Shown here piece by piece: positions 30,401 to 39,100 of a DNA stretch of 64,000 bases. Both the position numbers and the translations under genes were made by a program. Source of the DNA: an uncultured Gammaproteobacteria bacterium (GTDB lineage Bacteria; Patescibacteriota; Patescibacteriia; UBA9934); NCBI GenBank assembly GCA_964569575.1, contig CAZMTL010000001.1:67503-131502 (forward strand), given 5' to 3'. The notes under the pieces are model-generated. The model worked only from the letters and a program-made list of their open reading frames with translations, did not search any database and had not been told where the DNA came from. How positions within the stretch are numbered: the first letter of the stretch is position 1; each line of letters starts with the position of its first letter.

Positions 30401-33400
30401 TTACCAATCCTTCTGTTGCGTCATTTGATGTCGACGTTACCACTACGTTGCCGGATGGCTGAGATGTGAGCACGAGTGAAAATGTTGCTGTTGCCCCGTC
30501 TTCGGTGGTGTTGTTCGAAATATCAGACACGAATACGCTCGATACATCATTGTCGATGTTCGTAATTTCGACATTGTCTGGATCTCCTCCCCCGAACACT
30601 GGATCATCCGACACAACGGTGCCGGTAACAATTTGGTATACAATATCGCCGTCGTCGATGTCATCATTTATTCCTGTAACGGTAATTTCTTGAGGAATAT
30701 TCCAGTTTAGATCGGTAAACACCACTTCCGTTTCTACAATCGTTCCTTCGGTTGTATCCGAGGAACTGATCGCGACTGTTACATCGTCGGTTGGTTGATT
30801 CGTTAACTCCATCGTGAAGGTTGCTGTCGCGCCGTCTTCGGTGGTGTTGTTCGAAATTTCGGAAACGAATACCCCTGGGAATGTCCATCCGTCATTATTG
30901 CCCGAATCAGTACAACCAACTTGGCAGAAAATATCTGTTCCTCGAACATTGGCGTTATCTTTCAAATCTAAATACTCAACCGTTACCGCTCCTTCTGGGT
31001 CGAGTGATGATTGTACGCCGTCGGTGGTTGATCGCACAAATAATTTTTCGTCGGCGATTCCGGTGAAATCAAAATCGTTTTGAATCGTTTGAGTTTGCCC
31101 AGCTTCAAGCGTAATCGTGTCTTCGGTTGTGACGTTTTTTGCAAGATTGTAGAACGTTGTGGAACCGAAAATAGTCTGCGAGGTACCGTTGAATGTCACC
31201 AGTCCGTTCCGTGGAGTGAATGTAGACGCATTTGTCCAGTCCCCCGCAACGGTGATTGGATAGTTCGACGCACTTACGTCCAACTCTCCTTCGAGGATCG
31301 AAAGGTCGCCATTTACGTCGAGCGCTTCGCCAAGCACAAACACATCGCCAGCATCTGCGCTTGCGATTTCAAAATTTGCATACGTATCTAGGAAATTTGT
31401 GATTGTATATGTATCACTACTTGCATCAGCGTCGCCGGTAAACCGTACAGTGCTTCCAGTTTGCAAATCTGGCTGCCCAGAATTAAATGTGCCGACTTCA
31501 TTTCCGTATAATTCGACCACTCCCCCGTCTTCAACCTGAAACGTTCCGTTGGTTCCGTTCACCGTTACATTAAATCCCGACAAATCCAACACACCTTCTT
31601 GCACAAGAAAATCTTGATTGAATCCGTCGAGCACAAGCGCAGACTGAAGCTGGACAGATCCGCCAGTTTTTTGAATGTATAAATCGGTGTTATGCCCCCC
31701 TGTTGCTCCTGTTAAATCGAATGTTTGAACGGCACCGCCGGTAAAACTTAGGACAGCACCAAAGCTAGTGTTGCTTGTGTAACCACTATTGATCGTGACA
31801 TTTCCACGCGCCTCGATTATCCCGTTGTTCACACCAATATCTCCAAGAACTAGTTCTTCATTTACAATAATCGTATCGTTTGAAATAGAAATTGCCGCGG
31901 AACCAAGCGTCTGTCGATCCACGGTAAGATTGGTGAATTCTTGTGTACCGTCGACGTCCCACGTTCCTGCCGATCGGTATGCGATCACATGCTCGGGGGG
32001 TAAAAATGTTCCGTTTGTTGTCACCGTCAAATCTCCCAATAACCATTCGCTCTGCGTTGACGCATCATAAGTTCCACCGACCTGAATCCATTCAAGTACT
32101 CCTGGGATAAAGTCACTAGGGTTATTAAATGGAATGTTTCCAGAAAATCCTGCCGTTGTGCGAAGATTAACCGTTGCAACCGCGTTCAAATTAATGTCGT
32201 CATCGGCATCTGGAGCTGAATCGAGGATAATCACCGGAGTTGTTCCTCCGTTAATTTCATATGTTTGCACGACCGATTCGTTTGTAAAGTAAATATTTGC
32301 AGACCCACCGGTAAACGAAGCTGATTGCGTAATATTTCCTTCCACTAAGACCGTTCCGTCGTTTAGCCCAACATCAACTAGCGCAAGATTACCATTGACC
32401 ACTATTGTGTCTCCCGAAAATGTTGCCGATGCTGCTCCTAGGTTACTTCGATCAATTGTGACGTCATTGAATTCCTGACTTCCATCTACATCCCAAACAC
32501 CTCCGCTGCGCCAAGAAATCGCATGTTGCGGAGCAATAAATGTTCCTGCCGTACTCAGAATAAATCTTCCCAGCAACCACTCTGTTTGAGCTGACGCATC
32601 ATACGTTCCTCCGACCTGCGTCCAGGTTTCGACTGTTACCTGATAATCCCCAGAATTGTTTAACGGAATTGCACCGCTAAATCCGGCCGTCGTTTCGATC
32701 GATACTCCCCCGTCATTTAGCATCAAGATTTCATCCGATGCATCTGCTACTGAATCTAGTACGATAATCGGCGAAAATCCTCCGTTTACTTCGTACAACT
32801 GATCGACGGCATCATTTGCAAAATACATCATTGCGTCGCCTGAATCGTATGTACTTGCTTGCTCGATGTCGCTATACGCATATAGCGAGCCGTCTTGCGC
32901 TGTTCCATTTGTTAGCGTGAGTTGGCCATACACGTGGATGATATCACCAGAACTTATGTTTAAATTTTGAGCATTTCCTTTATTAATCTCGAGATTAAAA
33001 ACATCAATCGAATTCACTACATCAAAACTCGATACCGTATTTCCATCAAACACGATACTTCCGTTATTATGAAAAAAACTTCCACCCGACTGAATAAAGT
33101 TACGAAATACCATGAACGAATCCTGCGTAGACGTAAACGTACCCCCTGTTTGAGTAAAGTTTTGATTGACATCAATCATTGCATTCCCGCCAATAAAACT
33201 TCCGCTCGCGATACTAAAGTTCGATGCCCCAACCGTTACCGATGACCCTGCTCCTTGAGTGATCGTTCCAGAATATCCACTTGCGATTTCGATACCGGCA
33301 ACAGAAATAGAAGCATCGATTGTTGCATCTTTTGTTGACGTTGCGTTGAACAGAGCAATGTCGCCCGTTCCTGGAATTGTGTCACTGCTCCAGTTCGCAG

Positions 33401-33551
33401 CTTCGTTCCAATTGTTAGTCGCTCCTCCCCCGTCCCACGTGTACGTTGCCGCGTAGGTTGGCTTTGGAAGAAACGTAAAAAAGCTACTTAAAAAAGAGCA
33501 TAAAACGACAAAAGTTATCGCTCGAAAAAATGTTGCACGTAGCGATCGCAT
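24483..33551 (-). CDS. giant secreted surface protein/adhesin (3022 aa): signal peptide, beta-helix N-terminal region, about 17-20 tandem ~105-aa Ig/cadherin-like domains, poly-Gly linker, unique C-terminal domain
   Basis: N-terminal MRSLRATFFRAITFVVLCSFLSSFFTFLPKPTYA; Gly/Asn/Thr-rich beta-helix-type repeats; repeated unit ..TVSAISNNTTEAGxTATFTVVLxSEPTGDVVI.S.SxDxTEGVVTxGxxLTFxxxNWxTPQTVTVTGQDDDIxDGD..Y.I..; GGGGGGG at aa about 2700. Confidence 0.9.
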   Translation of the reverse strand: MRSLRATFFRAITFVVLCSFLSSFFTFLPKPTYAATYTWDGGGATNNWNEAANWSSDTIPGTGDIALFNATSTKDATIDASISVAGIEIASGYSGTITQGAGSSVTVGASNFSIASGSFIGGNAMIDVNQNFTQTGGTFTSTQDSFMVFRNFIQSGGSFFHNNGSIVFDGNTVSSFDVVNSIDVFNLEINKGNAQNLNISSGDIIHVYGQLTLTNGTAQDGSLYAYSDIEQASTYDSGDAMMYFANDAVDQLYEVNGGFSPIIVLDSVADASDEILMLNDGGVSIETTAGFSGAIPLNNSGDYQVTVETWTQVGGTYDASAQTEWLLGRFILSTAGTFIAPQHAISWRSGGVWDVDGSQEFNDVTIDRSNLGAASATFSGDTIVVNGNLALVDVGLNDGTVLVEGNITQSASFTGGSANIYFTNESVVQTYEINGGTTPVIILDSAPDADDDINLNAVATVNLRTTAGFSGNIPFNNPSDFIPGVLEWIQVGGTYDASTQSEWLLGDLTVTTNGTFLPPEHVIAYRSAGTWDVDGTQEFTNLTVDRQTLGSAAISISNDTIIVNEELVLGDIGVNNGIIEARGNVTINSGYTSNTSFGAVLSFTGGAVQTFDLTGATGGHNTDLYIQKTGGSVQLQSALVLDGFNQDFLVQEGVLDLSGFNVTVNGTNGTFQVEDGGVVELYGNEVGTFNSGQPDLQTGSTVRFTGDADASSDTYTITNFLDTYANFEIASADAGDVFVLGEALDVNGDLSILEGELDVSASNYPITVAGDWTNASTFTPRNGLVTFNGTSQTIFGSTTFYNLAKNVTTEDTITLEAGQTQTIQNDFDFTGIADEKLFVRSTTDGVQSSLDPEGAVTVEYLDLKDNANVRGTDIFCQVGCTDSGNNDGWTFPGVFVSEISNNTTEDGATATFTMELTNQPTDDVTVAISSSDTTEGTIVETEVVFTDLNWNIPQEITVTGINDDIDDGDIVYQIVTGTVVSDDPVFGGGDPDNVEITNIDNDVSSVFVSDISNNTTEDGATATFSLVLTSQPSGNVVVTSTSNDATEGLVTAGATRTFTTENWNIPQTVTVTGQDDALIDGDVLYDVVVSINQGATVDPLYDATDPDDVTITNIDNDIVDVVVTISGINTQVHENGTTDSYTLVLTMQPTDDVVVDLSYSGEITTDIDPVTFTDLNWNTPQTVTVSAVNDDIDETNEIVVIEHTVTSDDPNYNGIEIDDVSVTVQDNDTRGVTVSAISGNTTEAGGTATFTVVLNSEPEGDVVITSASNDTTEGVVTSGASLTFNSATWDTPQTVTVTGQDDGLGDGNVAYTIVVATDTVATTDNGYDSVNPNDVSVTNEDDGDAPGFSVSLISNNTTEAGGTATFTVELTSEPIGDVVINSVSNDATEGVVTGGGTLTFIPSEWNVPQTVTVTGQDDDIDDGNIAYTIQVSIDDALTDDGDYDVLADQTVNAQNTDNDTRGVTVSAISGDTTEAGGTATFTVVLTTEPVGDVVVLSASNDATEGVVTSGASLLFDSSNWDTPQTVTVTGQDDDIADGDIAYSIVTSMDTAATTDNNYDNANPLDRSLQNIDDGDAVGVNVSAISNNTTEAGATATFTVNLTSQPTDTVVINSVSGDSTEGVVTSGSVLTFETGTWNIAQTITVTGQNDNLDDGDILYSITTTVDAALTEDDNYDAINPDDVAVTNIDNDTAGVSVSAVSGTTTESGGTATISVVLNTEPTGNVVIEAASNDATEGVVTAGATLTFTTENWNTPQFTTVTGQDDDIADGDIEYSIIMTTDQDATNDALYDAINPDDAVVTNIDNDAGGITVSAISNNTTEAGATATFTVVLQSEPVGVVVVNSESDDETEGIVTGGSVLTFNSGNWDTPQTVTVTGQDDFLDDEDVQYVIIVTLDQNDTTDVEYAVIDPDDVTVVNEDDGDTLGVTVSAISNNTTEAGATATFTVVLDSEPEGDVVIDSISNDSTEGLVTSGGTLTFDDQNWTVPQTVTVTGVNDTIDDGNVNYTIEVEVDDLLTTATGYGNVPNQQVEVVNEDDGDAAGFGVSAISNNTTEAGTTATFTVVLESEPTGDVVINSISSDTTEAIIVSGASRVFDASNWSTPQTVTIAGVDDDVDDGNIDYTIDVTINEALTDAIEYIGAIDEQVEGTNEDDDTAGFTLSAISSNTTEAGGVAAFTVVLDSEPTGDVVINSVSGDMSEGVVTTGVMLTFTPADWNDPQTVIVTGQNDDIDDGNVAYVIDVEVDAPDTQDALYDILPAQQVNAQNTDNDTVGFTVSAASGNTTEDGGTATFTIRLNSEPTGDVVIDSVSSNASEGVVTSGSTLTFNAGNWNTPQTVTVTGQDDALADGLVAYTILITTDTVETLDPLYDAIDPSDVALSNVDNDSSSFVTSPISNNTTEAGATATFTIVLTTEPTGDVVINSASDSAEGTVTDGATLTFTSINWDTPQTVTVTGQDDDVDDGDVAYTVTVSVDDATSDDLEYEALPDQQVAVTNEDDDTAGLIVSAISNNTTEAGITATYTVQLQTEPTASVTIENVSNDSSEGVVTSGATLNFDALNWNQPQTVTVTGQNDDIDDGDSAYAIDVSVNAGATLDTVYDVVASEEVSLQNIDNDTAGVTVSAVSGNTTEAGGITTFTVVLDTEPTGDVVINSASDDATEGLVTGGATLTFTPLNWSTPQTVTVTGQDDGTVDGDVVYTIEVVINAGLTSDALYDVIDPNDVTLSNTDNDTPSGGGGGGGDSGPIIVVENVNIDVQVSEPQLCRGEVAQANIYIQAKNAAQVVVSDNAYFVGAQWQAYVIDETVSTAEKQIMIAPIEFVADQEVETFYLRLRTAGGNSTNTLTTSVDVSDILIDCENVEEPQEPVEPTEPVPDACTEEVFAPSPQTGELEQVTCVPDNALLVKGTTYSTVYALENGTRKPFMNQAIYFTWHQDFDDVLVVSDATLPFYRLGDPVLPNPANSLVKIQSDPTVYAPILSQGINYIRAIPNEQTAAILFGQNWSDRVIDLPPTLLQLYKTSAPFTSAGQ
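25450..30950. repeat. tandem array of roughly 315-nt coding repeats inside adhesin gene (source of many plus-strand shadow ORFs)
   Basis: Periodic protein repeats; multiple overlapping plus-strand ORFs with reiterated SPVGS/TVTVCGV peptides. Confidence 0.8.
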
Positions 33552-33561
33552 ACCTGCTCGT

Positions 33562-33589
33562 ATTTTATCATTTTTTGACTCATTCCCAA
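33562..33589 (-). promoter_or_regulatory. candidate promoter for adhesin gene (TTGGGA-16-TAAAAT), near-leaderless
   Basis: Hexamers on minus strand ending about 10 nt before ATG 33551; no SD. Confidence 0.35.
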
Positions 33590-33730
33590 AATAAAAACGG
33601 GGATAGTTTCTTGGCTTATGTTGCGTGAAATTTTGATTTTGTGTGAAGGGATTTTTTGAAGAGGTTTGTTTGAGGTTTTTGGAGGGGAGAAGAAGGGTTG
33701 AAGGTTCGCTTCACTTCACCATAACCCACC

Positions 33731-33846
33731 CTTCCTCTCGTCATCCCGGGCCCCGACCCGGGATCCATCGCCTTTTTCGTCACACGCGAAAACGCAAACG
33801 CGTTTCCCTTCCTTCTCAGGTCTACAAGGAGGGGTTAGGGGAGGTT
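33731..33846. repeat. MITE-like composite hairpin repeat, copy 1 (reference copy)
   Basis: core A ctcgtcatcccgggccccgacccgggatccatcg (33737-33770), spacer, core B cccttccttctcaggtctacaaggagggg (33806-33834), ttaggggaggtt. Confidence 0.65.
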
Positions 33847-33883
33847 ACGTGCTCCTCGAATACGTTTTAACAAAATAAAGAAG

Positions 33884-33905
33884 GTCAACGTTTCACGGTT
33901 GACCC
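33884..33905 (-). terminator. terminator after pentapeptide gene A
   Basis: ggtcaacgtttcacggttgacc hairpin followed on minus strand by T-rich tract. Confidence 0.5.
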
Positions 33906-33929
33906 TCGCGGGTGCTGTGGAGTTGTACG

Positions 33930-34343
33930 CTAGCAGTCGAGGCGATCCTCGGCTGCGATGCGACTCAACGCATGCTCGGCGCGCTGATGATTGATGATGA
34001 TCAGCTGCTTGGCGGTCGCAATGGGCGTTCCGAGAGAAGCGCCCCAATTGGCCTTGGCGACTCCACACGCCTTCCGAATGTCCATCCGCTCGACCCAGGC
34101 GCCGCTGAAGTCTGCCCCGGCGATGTTGGCATTGTCCCACTTCGATCCCTGCAGGTGCGCGCCGTTGAACTTCACGAACCTGGCGCGCAAACCCGTACAG
34201 TCCGCCGCGTACATGCGCGCGTCGTGCATCGTCTTGCTCTCATGCTCCACCTTGGGACGCTTGTTGCGATCGGCATTGCGCTTACGCCACTCCTCCAGGG
34301 CTCGCGCGCCGCCGATCTTCCGGATCTTCTTGATCAGACTCAT
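33930..34343 (-). CDS. pentapeptide-repeat protein (137 aa), high-GC islet 3
   Basis: GGAG 7 nt upstream of ATG 34343; consecutive A(D/N)(L/F)xG pentads: GAHLQ/GSKWD/NANIA/GADFS/GAWVE..KANWG. Confidence 0.75.
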   Translation of the reverse strand: MSLIKKIRKIGGARALEEWRKRNADRNKRPKVEHESKTMHDARMYAADCTGLRARFVKFNGAHLQGSKWDNANIAGADFSGAWVERMDIRKACGVAKANWGASLGTPIATAKQLIIINHQRAEHALSRIAAEDRLDC

Positions 34344-34694
34344 GTCAAACTCCTTCTTCGCGCTGTGCGAAGGGCGTAACTTGCCATATTGTGTGAATCG
34401 CGTCAATTCGCGCTGCCTGCAAAAAGAAACACCCCCATTTCTTGCGGAACAGGGGTGTGAGTGCGCTTTTGTGCCGCGCGTAGCGGCGTAGTTAGCGCTT
34501 TCGTTGTCGTACCGTCCTTCTTCGAGCGCGTTGTGCTCGACATCGTGCCAGAATGGCTTCGCGGTCGAGCTTGAGTGAAGTGGGTCCGAACACCAGTTGG
34601 CGTGGGCCCATTCCGCAGGGCGGTGATTCGTCGTGGGACGAAATGACCGGATTCTGCGGTTCGAACTCGGTATCGAGCGGATGGCGGCGCCAGG

Positions 34695-35156
34695 CTACCA
34701 CCACGAATAGCCCGTCATGTCATCAAGCTGATCGTTGAAGATGCGTTCGTCCTTCTTCGGCAGCGCGATGTTGTTCGGGGAAGTCAGTGGAGCGTTCAGC
34801 TCGGGGCGGCGCGAGTTGTCGGCGGCGCCCTTGATGCGTGCGAAGTAGTCGCGCGCGATCACGTCTGCGATCACCGAATCACACAGCGGCACACCCTTGC
34901 AGTTGAACTTCACCGTACACTGACCACCTCGGGAGATCAGTTTCACGCCACGCAAGTCCGCGTCGGTGATGTCGGCCCGCTTGGTGAAGACCACGTTCTC
35001 GAGCGTCAGATCGCCCAAGTTCTTGCCGGTCAGATCTTCGTCAATCTCCACGTTGCGCAGAACACGACGGCCGTCCACCGTCTCCACTCCACGCAGTTCG
35101 TAGATCTCGGTCTCCTGAACCGGAAACTGAAGCACCTTGCCCTCTCGAATGCTCAT
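34695..35156 (-). CDS. pentapeptide-repeat protein (153 aa), high-GC islet 3
   Basis: AGGAGG 4 nt upstream of ATG 35156; EDLTG/KNLGD/LTLEN/VVFTK/RADIT/DADLR/GVKLI pentads. Confidence 0.75.
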   Translation of the reverse strand: MSIREGKVLQFPVQETEIYELRGVETVDGRRVLRNVEIDEDLTGKNLGDLTLENVVFTKRADITDADLRGVKLISRGGQCTVKFNCKGVPLCDSVIADVIARDYFARIKGAADNSRRPELNAPLTSPNNIALPKKDERIFNDQLDDMTGYSWW

Positions 35157-35228
35157 GTACCCTCCTGGTGGGCAGCAAAATCTCACATTTCTGACTCAGC
35201 GTCAAACAAAAGAACGCCCGTAGGCGCT

Positions 35229-36065
35229 CTATTTGTTGTCTAGTATTTCCGTCGAAGCTTTCAGTACATTCATCAGCAGGTACGCGACCGTCAACGGTCC
35301 GACACCGCCGGGGACCGGGCTTACGAACCCCGTATGACCCATCACATCTGGCGACACATCACCAACCAGCTTTCCATTCACCTTGTTCGTCCCAACGTCG
35401 ATAATAATTCCTCCGGCCTTCACCATGTCTTTGGTGATAAAATTCGGCACACCTACAGCAACAATCACAATGTCTGCAGCACGTGTTTTGGTGGCAATCG
35501 CCGATTCGTCGCGTTGAATAAACTGCACTGCCACTCCCGATTCTTCTAGCAACCGTTCGATCGGTTCGGCAAATATTTCGTTGTTTCCTACGATCACCGC
35601 TGTTTTTCCGCGCAACGGCTGATGCGTTTCCTGAATCAGTCGCACAATCGCTAGCGCGACAGGTGGCACGAGCGAAGGCTCGCCGTCTGCGAGTCGTTTG
35701 CGGTTTTTGCGGTGGAACCCGTCTACGTCCTTTTGCCATTTGATCTCTTCGATTACCGCATCCTCGTTCTGATTAGGTAATGGAAGCTGGAGCAGAATTC
35801 CATGAATATCTTCGCGCGCGTTTAGTTTTTTGATTTCTTTAATCAACTTCCCTTCCGAAATGTTTGCTTCAAATATTTTCTTCTCAAAATAAATTCCCGC
35901 TTCTTTCGCCGCCTTCTCCTTCAACTTCACATACAAATGCGAAGCCGCATCTTCCCCAACCAATACCGCAGCCAACCCAGGCGGGTGACCTAATTTCTCA
36001 ATCCGCTTTCCAACTTTCTCGCGGATATTCTTCGCAAGCCGTGAACCTTTGATAACTTCTGACAT
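35229..36065 (-). CDS. folD: bifunctional methylenetetrahydrofolate dehydrogenase/cyclohydrolase FolD
   Basis: PGLAAVLVGEDAASHLYVKLKEKA, DVDGFH, NADP-binding Rossmann; start set at MSEVIKG by alignment to FolD N-termini. Confidence 0.9.
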   Translation of the reverse strand: MSEVIKGSRLAKNIREKVGKRIEKLGHPPGLAAVLVGEDAASHLYVKLKEKAAKEAGIYFEKKIFEANISEGKLIKEIKKLNAREDIHGILLQLPLPNQNEDAVIEEIKWQKDVDGFHRKNRKRLADGEPSLVPPVALAIVRLIQETHQPLRGKTAVIVGNNEIFAEPIERLLEESGVAVQFIQRDESAIATKTRAADIVIVAVGVPNFITKDMVKAGGIIIDVGTNKVNGKLVGDVSPDVMGHTGFVSPVPGGVGPLTVAYLLMNVLKASTEILDNK

Positions 36066-36105
36066 AGATTGGGGTAGTATGGCAGAAAAAGGAGGAGAAA
36101 TCAAT

Positions 36106-39100
36106 CTAGTTTACGTATTTACGTTTTTGTTCTTCGATTTTTTCCCTTGATTCACCAATAAAAATGCGGACTCTGTGGAATTTTTCTCCGGCTATTTGTG
36201 CATCACCGAGTTCGACTAATTCGACCACAAGTCCAGATTTAGAGCGCTTTGCAAATTCTTCAACTCGTTTTGCCACTAATTTATAACTTGTTTCTTCTCG
36301 CATTTCGGCATAAATAGGGGGAAATTCTTTTTCTGTGTCTTGATAATGTTCGGCATACTTTTCCACGAACGCATCAATGAGTTGAACGGCGTATTTTCCA
36401 GAGGCGAGACCTTTTGATCGATCGACACCCATGTCGTCTATATACACTTCCGGTAACTCTGGATTTGTGTGATCGACGCGCGCGAGCATGTATCCTTGAG
36501 GGATTTCTTGCTTATTGCGTACCATCAACATCAAATTAGGATCACCGAAATGCTCTTTCGTGAATAGTCCTGCCATGATTCGTTGGTAGCGATCTGCTAG
36601 ACCAAAAATGAGTCCTTTATTTTCTGAAAAGCCCTTGCCTTCCAGAAATGCCATCGAAAGAACATCAGCGGCCGTTACTTCGCTAACGCCCGATCGCTCA
36701 GGTTGCGTGTTTTCGTTTTCTGGATACGTAATTTTATACACTTCGTCTCCTGCGTGATCAATATACGAAACAGGTGACCCTGGAATGTATGTGTTCGCTT
36801 CTTTTTCGAACTTCCAATCTGGTCGACCGGTTTCGTATGTCTCTTTTCCTATCACGAATTTTGTTCGATCAATTGCAAGTTCCTCTGGCAAACTACGCAG
36901 ATACGATCGTCCAAATCTTTCCATGGCTAGTTCGATTAGATTCGCGCGACCTTCATTTAGTTCATTTTTGTTTGGCTCGATATTATCTGCTACCAACACA
37001 AAGCCACTTTGTACATCTTTTTCTTGTAAAATTTCGTGCAGCTGCTTTCTCGATCGTATCTCCTCCATTACTTCTGAAGTTAATCGTTCAAGTTTATGGT
37101 CGATCATAAGCACGGACTGACTCATCGCTAGCCATTTTCCGTCGCTTCCTTTTCGTTCCACAATCAGCTGCGAAATGGCCGGATTCCAGTCATATGCGTT
37201 TGTTTTTCCATCACCAAAAGGCATACAGTTTGCCACTGCTTCGCCCGAAACGCGAATGCTCGGATCGCTTTTTGCTCCAACACGCACGCGGACTTCATTA
37301 GTTTCTAGCGGCCTTACTCCAACCTTTGCCCTGTACAACAATCCATTTGTTCCGTCTCCTAATAATTCCACTAATGCTTCCTTCGACACATTTGGCGCTA
37401 CTCCTTCCTTGATCCATTTTCTCAAAACAGCCGCTGCTCCATTTTCGGTCATCACTTCTCCGTCGTCTGATTCTTTTGCATGTCTTGCAATCCAAGATCG
37501 CACTTCTGTAAATAACTTCTTCACATCTTCTGCTTCGCCAATCATTCCTTCACTTCTCTTTCCAAGCGCACGCGTAATTTCTGTTCCGGCAAATTCTGTT
37601 GTTACTACAAGATCTTCCATTAATTTCCCTTCTTTTGTCATCCGATAATTTTGCTCAAACGGTAGCAACATCTGCATTTTATCGAGCTCGCCATTAAAGA
37701 GAGCGTCTCGAAGCATTTCTTGAGTCAGCCCCGCTCTTTGCACTTCGGCAATTCTTGCCGGTGCGAGCGAATGTGAAAATTCGTTTCCGTAACCCACTTC
37801 TCGATCCAAGAATTCTCCCGGTTCTTTTACAAATTGTCCGATTGCCTCAACGGAAATAACAGGACTTTCCAAGAGTTGCATTGCAAAAGCCTGCAATTCT
37901 GGCTTGGCCTCTCGAAGACCTGCGATCAGTTCTCGACGACCCAGAAAACGATAGAGCTCTTCTGCTAGCTTCAAACCTTTCCAGGAATAAAGTGGGTGAT
38001 ATTTTTCGTCGCTTAATTTTGCTGCTCGAAGTGTAAGCGACTCTATGCCCAACTCTTCGGTCATCACACGTATTTCGTCTAAATTTCTTGGTAGTCCATT
38101 TTGGTGATCATCATCGTCGTTAAGCCACATTCCTTTTAACTCATTACAGATTCTCTTGAATTCCACATAGGAATTCCCCATTTCATAAGCAGACATGTCT
38201 TTGGCGACTTGGCGTAATATCGTTTTTCCAAATCTTTCATGAAATTCTTTTTCAGCTTTTGCGTGAGCCTTGCTATTTCCGCGCGCTTCTACCGGTTTAT
38301 GATTATAAATAAAGCTACTGAGTGCATCATCTTGAAAAAAGTCGTGAAAATTAAAATCTGGACGATTCACGAAAGCAAGCAAATCTTTGGCGCGACATCC
38401 CGCGTTCTTTAATCCTCTCAATGTATCTATCGCTTTCTCATTCGAGTCCTCGTAACTTTCTGCAAATATGTCGAATACTTGATCAAAGTCTTCTTCAGCT
38501 ATCTCTTTTACTTCCTCGTCCTTAAGTAAAAGATCCGGACGTTCGTTTAAAATAGTCTGCGCTAGTTCTGGATTCAAACCCCATGTTACTCGTGCACGTC
38601 GTGCATGATTTGAAATCCTCTCTCCGTATACTGAATATTCTTCACGGATATATTTTGGAATGGATTGATCGTTCATGAATTGAATACGATCCTGAATAGC
38701 ATCCTCTTCCAAAAAGTTTTTTTCTGATATTCCAAATTGCCGTGTTATTTCAGTCAACTTTTTAGCGTCTCCTTCGTACAGTTGATCGACATAATATTTT
38801 TCGAATAATTGATACAATCCGTGAGCTCTAATTTCTGCCTCTGTCATTTCTGCTACTTGTGCCATCGAAAATGCGTGATGATTGTTCCATCCACCTTTCT
38901 CAAAATGATCTGCGATCACATTTACCATGATCGCCATGCGAGCTTCTTTTGATATATTAAATTCATCAAAAGCTCTTAATCCACCGCTGTATAATGTTTT
39001 AGATAAAGCTTTCCTGATCCCCGCTTCAGCTGCAGCTTGCTCGGCTTCCTGCGAAATTTTGAATCCTGTACTAACTTCTCGCGCAAGATCAACTTCTCCA

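Noticed and set aside
25372-31391. About 25 plus-strand ORFs (60-166 aa) overlapping the adhesin gene
   Set aside because: These are shadow ORFs generated by the tandem repeat array on the opposite strand. The peptides reiterate (SPVGS.., TVTVCGV..) and have no starts with RBS.
33912-34491. Plus-strand ORFs 33912..34379 and 33991..34491 overlapping pentapeptide gene A
   Set aside because: These are alternative frames of GC-rich DNA. The minus-strand pentapeptide gene has an SD and a clear repeat signature.
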